A stretch of 64,000 nucleotides of DNA from Camelus ferus (Eukaryota): contig NC_045697.1 in assembly GCF_009834535.1 (NCBI RefSeq), positions 106,766,001-106,830,000 on the forward strand, read 5' to 3'. The position numbers and the translations under genes were made by a program. Shown here piece by piece: positions 50,073 to 63,075 of this stretch; the first letter of the stretch is position 1, and every line of letters begins with the position of its first letter. Under the pieces are notes generated by a model that was not told the DNA's origin, ran no database searches, and was given only the letters and a program-made list of their open reading frames with translations.

Positions 50073-51519
50073 CGAAAGGGTTACAATTTCTGAATTCATT
50101 TAATTAAGATTTTATACTGTAGGATAGTCATTGTCAAGTTTTAAGACAAATGATGATTCTATATTTCAGAAATCATGCTTTAAGTGGCTTAGCAAAAGAG
50201 TTTTTTATTATTTTCCTGACTCTTAAAACTTTATCAAAGGGGGAATTTAATTTTTTAAAAATATATAGTAAATCATATCTGTTCAATGCAAAACAAGATT
50301 TAGGAACCAGGGTGCTAATTATCTTTCACAGAGATAGTTACTGCTTAGATCTCTGCTTATACTTGGGGAAATGATAAATGACTTAGTTCTGAGCTCATAT
50401 TTAGCTCATCTTGATAAATCTTCTGCAAATGGTGACCATTTAGCTCACTATTGAAATAATGGTGTTAGAGACAAAAAAGGTGACATGCACATAGGGAACA
50501 CCTTCAGTTTTTTTTTTTTTTTTGAATACCTTGAATTTTAAAATACTAAATTAGCTTATTCATAAGCTTTATCTAAAAACTTAAAAATACTAACAGATTT
50601 ATTTGTGCCAGGAAGATTTGACAAAATTGTAAGCCAGACATCCATGCCACTGGCATATCTCTACAGCTAGGCAGTTGAGTTTTTTATTCTAAAAGTTACT
50701 GAATAGCATCTTCAGTACGAAGGCTTAACATTCTTAGTGGAGCCACATTTGAAATCCTCACTATAGGATGAAAAATGCTAAACTAGAGATTTCAACTAAC
50801 CTACTGGAAGAGCTCAACAGCACTTAAATCTAAGTTTTCTGCTGCAGATGCTCATTTCATCCCAATGGCTCTTTCTGGTCTCCTTTTGTGTTTTTTTTTC
50901 CCCTCCCTGAACAAATTTAACCTCCAATGGCAATTTATTGGGCTGTAGGACCCCAGGAAAATGAATACAAATATCTTAACACTGCCATTGGCTGGGCAAT
51001 ATATTTCAACTTTGAAACTGCTCTGCAATTGCACATTAATCCCCTCAGACTGAACGGAGGGTCCAGGAAGAAAGGATTGATCTCCTTTAATGATGAAACC
51101 CTGGCACTACAGTTTTATTTCTCACAACACAGTGCTGCTAAGAACCCCACTGTTATTATGAAAATTTCCCTAGCAAAGGCGCTCCATCGCATTACTGGTG
51201 CACCAATCCATCATAACGTGCCTCGCTCCTGCTCATCAACAAGTCTGAGTGATGAAAAGATCCAATATTATCCTGACAGTACTTCATGCGCATTCTCAAT
51301 CACACATTATTACAGCATCCATATTAATTTTCAGTGACACGCGTCCTAGGCCTGTTCAAATTAGGCAAACCAACGAGGGGGAGTTGATGAAATACCAGCA
51401 TAGCCACAGCTCATTGCATTCCAATTTGCATGCAAATGGTTTATCAGGAAAATTCCATTCCCAGCAACCAGCAAGTGAAAAACAACTGTAATCTACACTT
51501 CAGGGCCACCATACAGAGC

Positions 51520-51554
51520 TTAATGAATCGCAAAGAGAGAAGGAAGTGACAGAC
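51520..51554 (-). CDS. LRBA: Candidate LRBA read-through tail GLSLPSLFAIH* (WD40-less isoform)
   Basis: Ignoring the weak donor gives GGT CTG TCA CTT CCT TCT CTC TTT GCG ATT CAT TAA, matching my recollection of the LRBA beta-isoform C-terminus. Confidence 0.65.
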
Positions 51555-51617
51555 CTATGAGAGGATCGATTTCCACTGGCAGCTGGTATGGCTGGTCTGG
51601 TACAGCACCTTGATGAG
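51555..51617 (-). CDS. LRBA: LRBA coding exon (63 nt, absent from the ORF track)
   Basis: ttccAG acceptor, phase 1-1: (A)HQGAVPDQPYQLPVEIDPLI(A), with a weak GTCTGT donor. Confidence 0.95.
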   Translation of the reverse strand, partial: LIKVLYQTSHTSCQWKSILS

Positions 51618-53064
51618 CTGGAATTCACAAAAGATAAAAAGAAAAAAAAAAGCAAGCATTATTCCTCATATACTAAGCTACATTAAAATGCCTAAGTCAA
51701 ATCTCATATAGAATTGTTTCCAACCTCCAAACTCTGTCTTGTATGGTTTTGTGAAATTGAAAGAAAAAAAAAATCCAGCTTTTGTGGCTAGCTTATTAAA
51801 CATTTATTTTAGATTAGTGCTGTTCTGAACATGTGCCATCAGCAGTGGTTGCAGTCCTGGGCCATAAGCTATAGCAGATGCTTGACTGGCAACCTCTGAT
51901 GCCGCAACAAAACAAAATTAAGTGGTAAAGCGCGCTGAAAACAAAATGTGACAACCATCTGCTGACTGTAGCAAATACTATTTTTTTGTTACTTCTTAAA
52001 AAGGCAGTTTTGAATGCTGCAGCACAAAGGAGCCACAAAAACGCCAATTTATGATGGAGAAAGGGAAAGCTCTAAGTCAAGGAACATTTAATGTTTCATC
52101 CATCACTTCAAATCAATCAATTGAAAGTTTGAATAAAAATAAAGAAAGCTATCTGCAGATAAATGTTTTAGTTAAATGCATTTGGCTGAAATGTTTTCTT
52201 AAAGGTCTGACTGAGGTTTTTTTTGAAAGTTTTATTAATATTTAATATCTCCATGGTTTCCACTTAAAAAAAACTCTGAGAAGCAAATCAGTAACAAAAA
52301 TCAATCCATACTAAGAATAGTTTAATTCTCAAAATGGTTCTAAGAATCAGGCATACTTATTTTGTAACTGAAAAGAGATTCTGTAGGCTGTTTCCCTGTG
52401 AAAGGTAGAAGGGCTTTAGGTAGAGAGGAAGGAAGGGTATTAGGAACCAGGAGCTGCCACTGGCCAGCTGTGAAACTTTAGGGAAATCATAAACCCCAAA
52501 ATGAAGGGTGTGGAATAAATGATCTTTTCAGCTTTGTAATTCTCATAGTTAAATTCTGGGCCCTTCTCCAAATTATTTTCCTCAAATGACTCAGCCATTC
52601 ACCCTGGTCAGTATCTGCCGTTTATAGACTCATAAGCATTTAAACTACTGCTTGGTTGGCATCAGAGCTCTGCTTAACAGCATGCGATTTTAAGAACTCT
52701 TTCTCACTGTCCTTGAGGGGCTGAAAATAAAAATGGGATCCATTCCAGTGATTTCATTAGAACAGTTTTAAATTTATAATGTCAGCATTTCCCCTGTTAG
52801 TAAATACCAACTTTTCAAGGATGTTTGGAAGATCATTAATTCTGATAAAATATCTAAGTACAATACCAGCACTAAAAATTATAATTGAGTATGTACAAGA
52901 AATTAATGTAGCTAAAGAGCGGAAGCCATATAACTCACTCTTTTACTGAATTGTCTTTGCCGATTACCATCTCTATGTCTCTGAGAATCTGGGATCATAG
53001 AAACATTAAAACCAAGCTGTCAGTGAAAGAGATTTAGGAAACTAACCGTCTTTGGTCACTCCTC

Positions 53065-53345
53065 AAATCCCAGTTCTGCCACTAACTGCCGGTGTGACCT
53101 TGGGCAAGTTATGTCGTCTTGGTGTTTCAGTTTCCTTATCTATAAAATGGGTTAAGTTAAACCACATGAACCCACCATACCTGACATTTTAACCTATAAA
53201 AATGGCAATTTCATATGGTTCAACCTAAATACAGAACCTACATCCTAAGGTTGTCGAGGGGTTCAGTGAGTCAGTACATGTGAAGTGATTAAAACAGTAG
53301 TTAGAACCTAGAAGACTCTCTATAACATGAGCTGCCATTATTTAA
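53065..53345 (+). mobile_element. MIR SINE (interrupted)
   Basis: caaatcccagttctgccactaactgccggtgtgaccttgggcaagtta...tcagtttccttatctataaaatgg. Confidence 0.7.
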
Positions 53346-55199
53346 TTTTTTCGGAGATTCTATAGGTCCTTTGAATGAGACAGGAAGGATAAAGATTTTT
53401 CCCCCCCTAAATCAGGACTCAGACACTACAGTGACAGGAGCTAGCTGTCTAAGGAACAAGCTCTGGAAATCACAAAATCTCAGAAAAGAACCAGACTCTA
53501 AACTTAAAAAAAAAAAAAAGTGTAACATGAATTTGATAGTCATTGAAGAAAAACTTAGGGAGTTTTGACATTTGTTTTAAATCAAGGCATACTGACAGGT
53601 AAAGGCAGTACAAGATAGGATGAAAGATCAGATTTAAGTAAACATAACATACCTGAAACAAGGCATAGATTTAATAAAATGGAAGCTTAATACATCTAGG
53701 TGGAGGTGTAGCTGAGAATTCAAGGTCGCATTGTAGGAAGATAATCACCTGTGTATTACCACATGTTATCATTCTCTGTATTTATCTGGTGAAGAGTTGC
53801 TGTGCTGTACTGTAAAGCCAGAGGCTGGGGACAGAACCACTAGTGACCCAAGGTATAGACCCAAAGAAGGCTCACTGGGGAGAATTCTAGGTAAAGAACT
53901 GGCAAAACACATTCAGTCTCCCAAGCTCTTATCTTACAGGAAAGTGAGCTTGGGCTCAGAGCAGGTGGATATACTATCTGTGGAACTCCAGCAGAAGGAT
54001 GCCACCCCTAAAGCACTTTGCAGAGCTTTAGAAAAACTGAAGTAGGGAAAACAACAGCTGACACTCAAGTGCTAAGGGAAGCCAGCCTTCTAGGCAGGGA
54101 AATGGGTTTGCTCCAAAGGGGAGTGTCAGCAGCGCAGCCATCAGTGCTGAGCAGGGGAGTCTGACAACTGAGCATCAGCTGGAGACCTGGCAGCCCTTTG
54201 CTTGCGCTCAGCTCCTGCTGAGCCAGCTCCTGCTGGGCTGGACTACAGGTAGGAGGCCCAGAGTGCCCAGGGCTTGTAAGCGCTTGAAAAGGTCTGTCAC
54301 CCCTCACATATACTGTCACTCTGTTTAAACTGAAGAGGCTGTCAGAGCTGCCACAGCCACCCAGGTAAGCATCATTTGTGGAGCCCTGAAGTCACACTGG
54401 TACTTGTGGCAAGCCCCAAGGGTAACTGCACACAGTGCAGGTAGCTCCTCTGGTATATGTGACATAACACACCAGCAACACGTTTTTCTTCTAATAAGTG
54501 GTATTTACAGAAACAAAGAAACAAAAAAATCACATTTGTTAATCAAATTATAATCTTTAGTCCCAAACTATGTCATTTGCATACACATTTACTTCTGTAA
54601 AGATAAGTTCACTTAAAGAAAAAGGAATAAAAGGATCTAATAATAGAGACATTATATCTGCCTTGATCTTCACCTTCCCACTATTTATAAAATCTATCCT
54701 CTAATATAACATTGGCATTCATTTTGTTGTGAATGGCCAGGAAAATAGCTATATGTAATAAATTCTGATACCAGCCACAGATTCTTCATGATAAATATGA
54801 TACCTCATTGAGCTTGGTCAGTGCACCAAGTTTTTGTTTGAATGTCAATTCAATTCTGTCTCATTCTAAAAGCTCTTGCATATTAACTTGGCAATTAAAT
54901 GTTCAAGAATTTATATTTTTGCAACCATTTCAGGTATTATAATGGGGAATGCTTTATGCACACTTTACAGATTTAATAGCAAGTTAACAGACTATTAAAA
55001 TCTATCTTTTTAACTTCCTACCTAAAACAATGACTTGGGGGCAAAAAGCCTATAATCTCCAGGACTTTAAAAGATTTTCCTTCGTTAAAAAAAGAATCTC
55101 TAACTAGTGGCCAAAAAGAACAGTGCTAAATCCAGATCCCAACATTCCTGTTCTAATGAGAGGCAATAAATCACAGCAGGGTGATCATAAAATTTGAGT

Positions 55200-55310
55200 T
55201 AGAAAACTTGGGTTCAAACCTGGCTCTGCCACTGACTGGCCATATGTGATACTGAACAAGGCAAGCTCCCTGGGGCTCAGTGTCTTCATTGGGAAAATGT
55301 AGGCCTGGAC
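55200..55310 (+). mobile_element. MIR SINE fragment
   Basis: ttgggttcaaacctggctctgccactgactggccatatgtgat...ctcagtgtcttcattgggaaaatg. Confidence 0.6.
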
Positions 55311-55767
55311 TATATGAACCCTCATGTCTCTTTAAATTTTGACAGTTTATGATTTTCATGGATATTTCAGTATCCTGCCATTAGCTACCCTAACTATTCG
55401 GCACTAAGTGAAAGAACAGAATGTGCTTATGGGCTTGCCATATTTTGGCTGTGTACTGTGTGTGTTCATTTCTTCTATCATCCACAACAGATTGATAAAT
55501 AAATACATACTACTTATGGACACAGTATAGAATATCATTATATGAGAAATAACATTTATCTCCAAGTAATAAAGACAAATCACCAGATGCCAAGAATAGT
55601 TTATGTTTTTAACATTTGTATTATATGCCTGAGAGGGGACTTCTTTAAGCCTTTCAAAGTAGTAAACGTTTTGACTGAGATATAATATATTTATCAGGCA
55701 GGTATTATAACAGCTTTGTATGGCATGCTGCCCTGACTGTGCCTTGTAATGATATTTCTTTACTTAC

Positions 55768-55945
55768 CGGGAAGGTTGTGCCACTTGTTGACGGCAAACA
55801 GCCTGTTAGCAGTGACGGTGATCACGGCAGGAGTTGCCAACCCAGGCTGGGTGTTGGCCGCCACATGAGTGACAGGGGAGTTGGAGGGGAACTTTAGGAC
55901 CATGATAACATCCTGCTGAGCTTGGTCTGTGAACATCAACGGACT
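55768..55945 (-). CDS. LRBA: LRBA coding exon (post-BEACH linker), alternatively starting at 55960
   Basis: 178 nt, phase 0-1: SPLMFTDQAQQDVIMVLKFPSNSPVTHVAANTQPGLATPAVITVTANRLFAVNKWHNLP(A), with a GTAAGT donor. A second CAG 15 nt upstream adds YLLLQ. Confidence 0.97.
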
Positions 55946-58900
55946 CTGCAGGAGGAGATACTGTTGAGTGGGCAAGACAAGACCCAAATATACAAGAAGG
56001 AAAAGACAAGGAAAGACAAGGAAGAAAGAGGGTGCAGGAAAAGAAGAGGAAGACCACGTTAACACAGGTTGCAAGAGCTACCCAGTGAGCATAAAGGCTT
56101 ATAGAAACAGCATTTAGAATGTGTTTATTTTTCATGCAGGTCGTTTTGAATTTTTCAGTGACTGAAGTAAAATACATCAACGAAAACACTTTAAGAATCC
56201 ATAAATTTTATGAACTCCCTTACCTACCCCATTCCCATGAAGAACTAAAAGAATGATCCAATTTAGATTTAAATAGGCGAAATATTTGGGATAGTGTCAA
56301 GCCATTCCAATTGCTACTGTGTGTTAAGCACACAAGTTAAAAAAGGAATGAGAGGAGGCAGTAGGTACAAAGCAAGCAGAGGTAACTTCCAAAGAACGTC
56401 AAAAGTTGGGTTGCGTTAGCATGAAGATTTTGACAACTAAATAAAGAGGTAATTAATTTAAAAATATATTTATAAACAACAGTTGTACAGCATGCATGTA
56501 TTATTACAGTAGAGAAATAATTTATGAACGCAATACACCAACTTAATTATAAAAGTGTTTCAAAGTAATATATAATTAAATGTACTTGTAAAAACAATAT
56601 ATTTATATAGTGTACCAAGTCATAAACACTGCCCTATTATAATGCAAATGCCACTGCTTTCTGCTCTAGCTAAGGATAAAGAGAAATCCCTAGCTAGAGG
56701 CCCCTCCTCCCTCTCACTAAAGAAACTAAAGCTCAAGACTTTTGATTTCTCCTTTGAAAAGCAGAAAGTAATTGAAAATGTTAAACAAAATACTGTCTGT
56801 TCTAATCACTAGCAACAAAATAAATCTAGAAGACGACTAAGGATTTAGAACATTCCTACAAACCATATGTCATAACCTAAGACATATATAACACCACTCT
56901 GATTTATCGGCTTTATTTATACTTTGCAGCAGTGTTTCTGCTATCCTGCAGTAATTACAGTCCATTTTCGGCAGTTCCCTTCTACCATGTCTATTTTCTA
57001 ATAGCTGATTAGTATCATTCAGAATTGAAACACTTTGATGAAGGACTTCTGGTGGCTTTCCTACTGCCATATTTCAAAACACCAGGTATATGGAAATGGG
57101 CAGCCACATATATTTAACACATATTTATTCCGAACTGCTAATAAAAAATTAAATACATTTGCATTTTTATTATCAGTCCTTTTAAAAAAGTTATTAAGAG
57201 TACTTAGAAAAACATATTGCACTAAGAATTCCTATTTGCACTCTTTGCATAAAGGTGTAAATAAAGGCAACTAATAAGCTACCCAGACACCCTTCTGAGC
57301 AAGTGGCTAAAAGCCAATCAATATTATGAGTTAATCCTCCCTGGATGCTCATTCAATTAAAGGTGTCAGTAATGCCTCATCTGATGTGGCCTCAATTAAA
57401 TCCAACTATCTGATGGTGTGAAAACACAGGGGGATACAGCAACAGCAGCAAAACCAGACAAATAGGCAGCCTTCATGTGCCTGCTAATTACTACACCTGG
57501 TGTATATTATGGCTCATGCACTTAACGCAGCACGAGGTGGCTTTAATTTCTGCCGTGTGTGTGTGTGCGTGTGTGTGTATGTTGGGGTGCAGTGACAGTT
57601 GATGGGGGCACTCATCTGAATGGTAGTTAAACACAATTAATAAACATTTGGAGCCTTTGATTTTTAAAATCTCTGACATCAATAAGTAATCTTTGTCAAA
57701 CAAAGAACCTTTTATACAGTTTTAAGGAATTATGTAAAAATTGGGTGAAAATGAGAAACAATGAGCAACAATCAACAAAATATCCCATAAGTTAGCTGTG
57801 AAGACGTCCTGGGAAAAGGAAAGGAACGTCATCCTGGAGCATCAAACCTTATTTTTCAATGGCGTAGGTTCTTTAAATAATATTTACTAAAGTCAATTTA
57901 TAAACTCGGAGAAAGTCAGAGTACAACATACATCATGCAGTCTCACTGAAAGGAAGTTGATACATATTTCTGAGCTTAACAGCTCATACTGTAAATACAA
58001 TCAGGCTCAAATTCAATAATTCCAATGTTTATGCCCTTAAAAAAACACAGAAAAATCTCTAACGTATAGGAAGAATGTTTTGTTTACACAGTGACTCTAG
58101 TGGGCCAACTCTTGGCCACATGGCAAGGACAAGCCCTTTTTGCAGAGAGAGCCGCAAACACCACGTCCAGAATGGTCCACCGCATCCTTCCAGGGCGCCT
58201 TCTCTCCAGGCTCCTCCCGTGCTTCCTCCTAAGCTCCCAGTGCAGGCAAGCAGCAGGGCACTCCCTGGGGAGCTCCATCATCCCCCTGGCTAAGGGGTGT
58301 GGAATAAGGAGCACTGGAAACAGGAAAAAGCACGGCCCAGCACACTGGGCTAGGCTAGGGTGATGGACGAGCAGGACAACTGGTCAAGTATGGGGGGGAG
58401 AAGTAAAACACCCTCTTCGGTCTTGTGCCTCTGCGAGCCCCGCCTGGCGTAGAAGTAGGAAGCAGCCAGCCAGATTTCATTCGGTTTTCCCAGATTAAGC
58501 GCGCACTCGTTGACAACTCTGGTTTCTTTCTAACACACCTTTCTTTCCCACCCACGTACATGTAAGAGTAAAAACACCATTTGTACGAGTCTGAAAAGGA
58601 GTTCAGGTATTTGATTCAGAGGATAAAGACAATGGGGAAGACGGCCTCCCATCCTCCAGGGAGCGTGTGCCTTCCCTGCGCTCCCAGCCCAGGGACAGCG
58701 GAGCTGATCTGGCTCCGTGAACCGATAATCCTTCCGCCGAGGACAGAGGCTTGGCGGTAGGAACTCCCTCTTGGCCCCAGTGACCAAGGCTGTGCAGTGA
58801 CCCAGGTAGAAAGTCAATGGAGCAGTGGAGGTGCTTCCATTAGCCAGCCTGCGTCTCATCGACAGGCTATTACTAAAACTAATTCCAAACCCCAAACATA

Positions 58901-60197
58901 AATCATTCTTACTATTTTTATGGCATTATCTTCCATTGTTCTTGCTAAATCTGACTTCACCCGCTTAAAAAAACATTCAGGGGGAAAGGCAATGCAAATA
59001 ATTTTTTAAACACTTGTAGTTTACAATAATGGCCAATTCATATAATTAGAGAAAAAAGAGGGGAACGACTTGGAAGAATAGATGACAAAGGGCTAAAGAG
59101 GAAAAGACACCAAGAAGAAGGAAAAATGAGAAGAGACAGGAAGAAAGCAAGCCACGGCAGGAAGGACCATGTCTGCACCCCTGGCCCTCCTCCCTGCTAC
59201 TCCTTCCTTCCCAGCATCTCTCAAAACTGCACCATGTTAAGCCACAACAGGGAACCGGAATCTATTTTAAATTATTCATTATATTTATGGAAACCAATTT
59301 CAAATTCCCTATTCTTAATTTAAAACAGTAACAAGCAGCCTGTTTTATTGAGGTTTACCTATAGCCTGTACCTTAAAAAAATTATTTTTATCATGCAATT
59401 CAGTATTTGTTACTATGCTGAATTTTTTTTTTTTTTTTTGATCATTAAAGAATATCTCTGCTGAAATTTCAAGAACCACAGAAGAACAGCACATTACAGC
59501 TGGTGCCTATTTCCCTTGTCCTGATTCTGGCCTCTGACTTGCCTTGACCAGTAGAATGTGGCATAAATGACGTCGTGCGAGTTCAAAAGCAAGCTTTGAG
59601 ACGTCTTGTGGAAATGTTCTCTTGGGACACTGCTCTTACTGTGGGAGCGGCCTTGGCTAACTTCCTTGATGATGGAAGACCACATGGAAGGAGAGGCAGG
59701 CTTTGGGTATTCGGGCTATCACACCATCAGTTTTTCCTCCAAGGTCCCTGAGTCTCAGTAACAATAGCCTATGTATTAGGCTGACTTTCAAAACTCCCAA
59801 ACTGAAAAACATTAGGATGTCAAGAATAAAAACAATTAAAAAAAAAAAAAAAGAAGCAGCAGCAGCTAGACACTCATAGGAGCAAACCAGAAAACTTATC
59901 AATCTCACGTGCGGAGTCTTTATCCTCCAGTGAGGATATGTGACCATTATGGACCTTTTATTTCTGCAGCACAGAGCATGACCCGATGACATGCTAGAGC
60001 CCCGGAGCAGCGGCTGCCTTCCTGAAGGTTCCAGGCCAGCATGTGCTGTCTGCTGGCTGTTAGCAGGCTCACAAACAGTGCATACGAGGAACAGGCGCAG
60101 GTGTGGTGGAGAATCTCAAGCACAACGGAAGACTTACGAATGTCAAGCATAGTTTCAGAGTGCAGTAGGGGATGAGGGGAGTGAAGGTGGCACTTAC

Positions 60198-60287
60198 CGC
60201 TTGCATGGCTGACCCTCGGGGAGGATGTGGCTCTATCAGGAGTTGAGAAGGTGTCTGCCCAAAACTTCGGATTTGAGCTTCGACAGC
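60198..60287 (-). CDS. LRBA: LRBA coding exon (end of BEACH domain)
   Basis: 90 nt, phase 0-0: [30 protein letters not shown], containing the BEACH C-terminal FGQTP..L...HP.R motif, with a GTAAGT donor. Confidence 0.97.
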
Positions 60288-61714
60288 CTGCAAAAGGCAC
60301 AGGCAGGTTTGCGGGTTAAGAGGTACTAATTACAGGCAATAGAACCACAGCTGTCACCTGAAAATGTCATTCCATACTTCTGGCTTGTTTCATGCTGGAA
60401 ATCAACTCCCTGTTTTCACAGTGGGGTAAGGCACCTGGCAGGGGCACCGAGGGTGAGGTCATTCTTCAGTCCCGTGGATGCTGCTCCTTTAAAACCCTGC
60501 AAGACCTTCTCTTGCTTGGTGATAGGAAACAGAAACCAGCTATTACAATCAGAAATTGTCCTTTTTGGCTTCATCTCTGTTTTCTTGCCCCCCCCCCCCA
60601 AGCCTTTATTTTTCCCGGCTTGCATCATCCCTGATGACTTAAGCTAATCTTTTACAGGTATACAGAAAACCTACTGCTGTTTTGATTCTAGGCCCCATTG
60701 CATCTTGGGAAGCAGAAAAAGAGGAAGGAAGAACCACAGCACCTGTGAAAATGGCTTGATGCTATTACTTTTGCCAAAGGAAGAGCATTATTGTTGACAG
60801 TCTCTTTGAACCTAGGTGGCTAAACAACAAAGTCAAAGCCATATGTTGCTCCAAGCATGAGCCGGTTAACCCAGGGACTAAATGAACATAAGAAACGTGT
60901 GTGCGCCCTTTTCCAAAGACGTGTGCCTGGGCCCTTTGTAGCACACTCCTGACCACGGCTCTGCCTGCCCACCCAGCAAAGATGCTCCCCTCCCTGATCA
61001 CCAGGAACCCTCTCGTCATGGAGACTGTTAGAGGCCAGAGGTGAATACTATCTGTAATGATTTTCTGTGTTTCCTTGTTTTTGGCTGTCTTTTCCCACCA
61101 AAATACAGGATCCATGACAGCAAGGACCTTATCTATCTTCTTTACTCTTAGAGCCCAAATTTGGGTGAATGAATAAATGCTACAGTATGTATGAGGTGGG
61201 AGAAGGAAGCAAAGATACACGAAGACAACTTCAATACCCCACAGAGTCAATATTCATAACTTCTGGCCCAAAAGGATGAAGAAAACCTTATATGTGTAAG
61301 GAAATATAGGTTCATCGTGCTATTTTTTTAATCCCTGAGAAAACGAGTGATCAATTTTTATACGCTCTGTAGAACTTTAGGCAATTAATAAATCATAAAC
61401 AGGGAAATACCATCATTATCCAGTATTAATTTCCTTGTTTTATTTGATGAGGATATCATTAGTAGTCCTTTACAATGACCTTGCAAGACACAGTGATAGC
61501 AATTCAGTCATTTCAATGATCAACAACTCTGTACACAGCAGAATTTGGTGTCAGTGTTTCTGCCCTTGAAGAAAGTATTCTTAATATGGAAAGCAGGGCA
61601 CAGGTACTTGGATGGTTTGAATAATAGTTCGATGCAATCAGTACAATAAGGTCAAGGAATGTGCTATGACTTGCTTATGCAGGAAAGCCTGGAAAGCACC
61701 TCTGAGAGTGGTAG

Positions 61715-62250
61715 GCGGAGGGAGCTTGGGTTCTGAAGTCACACAGACCACGTTCACATCCTGACTGCACACCACCTCTAAGCCATGTGACCGCAGGTAA
61801 GTCACTCAACCTACGTTTCAATTTTCTTCCTGCAAAATGTGGGTCATAATAGCGCCCACCTCACAGAGTTATATTAAGGAGTAAACGATATATATGTAAA
61901 AATCACAGCAAAGTGCATATTAATACAGACTGATCCCTCAATATGCCGTCAGCAAATATTCACGGAGGGCTGCTAACAACAACAACACTCTATTTAGTAC
62001 TTACTATTTGCCAGGAACTTTTCTAAGTGATTTTACTATCTTGTATCATTTAATCTTTAAATTGTATGATGTGAGTACTTAACTACATGCATTTTTGTTT
62101 ACTATATGCATTTTATAAATAAGGAAAATAATGCACAGAGAACTTTAATGTCTTGTCCAAGCCCATGGAGTAATTAAATGGAGTAATTAAATTAAACTCA
62201 AAATCTGCATCCAAGCAGCTTGATTCTATAGCTCAGACTCTCAACCATCA
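61715..62250. mobile_element. Two adjacent MIR-like SINEs in opposite orientation
   Basis: A forward core (gttcacatcctgact...tgtgacc...aagtcactcaacct...aaaatg) followed by a reverse core (atttagtacttactatttgccagg...ttttataaataaggaaa...gcacagaga...ttgtccaag). Confidence 0.55.
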
Positions 62251-62869
62251 AGTACTCTTCCTCCTTATCTGTCAGGGAGATGCCACAGCCCAGGGATAAG
62301 ACTGAGCACACAGAAAAACATCAGCTTACAATCTGGTGAACGAATTAATAAGTTACCTCTATTACCAACATCATTGTCAGCATCACTGCCGTGAACAAAG
62401 TAAAGCATGTTCAGACACAGCTGGAGCAGCACGGCTAGGCAAGAGTTGGTTTTATACAGTAGATGAGAAGGCTGGCCCTAGACTTCAGAAGCAAGGGAAG
62501 GAGCCAATAGGAAGTGAGGAAGAGAGACTAGGATCATTTTAGAACAGCATCTAAAACATTTTTGGATGGGGTGAAATCAGTTTATGATCAACCTCTGGGA
62601 CAATCTTGAGGAAGAAAATATATCACAAAGTGGCAGCTTGAAGCCTAGAGGTAGACGCAAAGAAGAAGGTGAGAGGGCTATTCTGTTATGATATATGGAT
62701 TTATAACTGGCTTTATGAATGTGAACCTTAAGTCTCTTTTAAAAAGTTAACAAAGCCAGTGCCCTTCCTTTGACTGCTGCCTTGGGTAGTCCCTACCCAA
62801 TAGCTCACGTGCATTTTCCCCCATTAAAAAGAGGGGAGGGGGGAACGGACAGCTTCCGCACTTGGCCTG

Positions 62870-63075
62870 TTGAGTCATATGATTCAGGATGCTAATCCTG
62901 ACTTTGCCATTTATTTGCTATGTGACTTTGAACACGCAGCTTAATCTGTTTCCCCAGTGATGAGACAGAGATAATAGTAATGCTTAGCTTATAGCATTGT
63001 TTGGGAAATTCAATAATACATATAAAGTGCTTAGCACAGTCCCGAGCACATACAAGACATTAAATAAAATCATAT
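62870..63075 (+). mobile_element. MIR SINE
   Basis: aatcctgactttgccatttatttgctatgtgactttg...ataatagta...taaagtgcttagcacagt. Confidence 0.65.
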
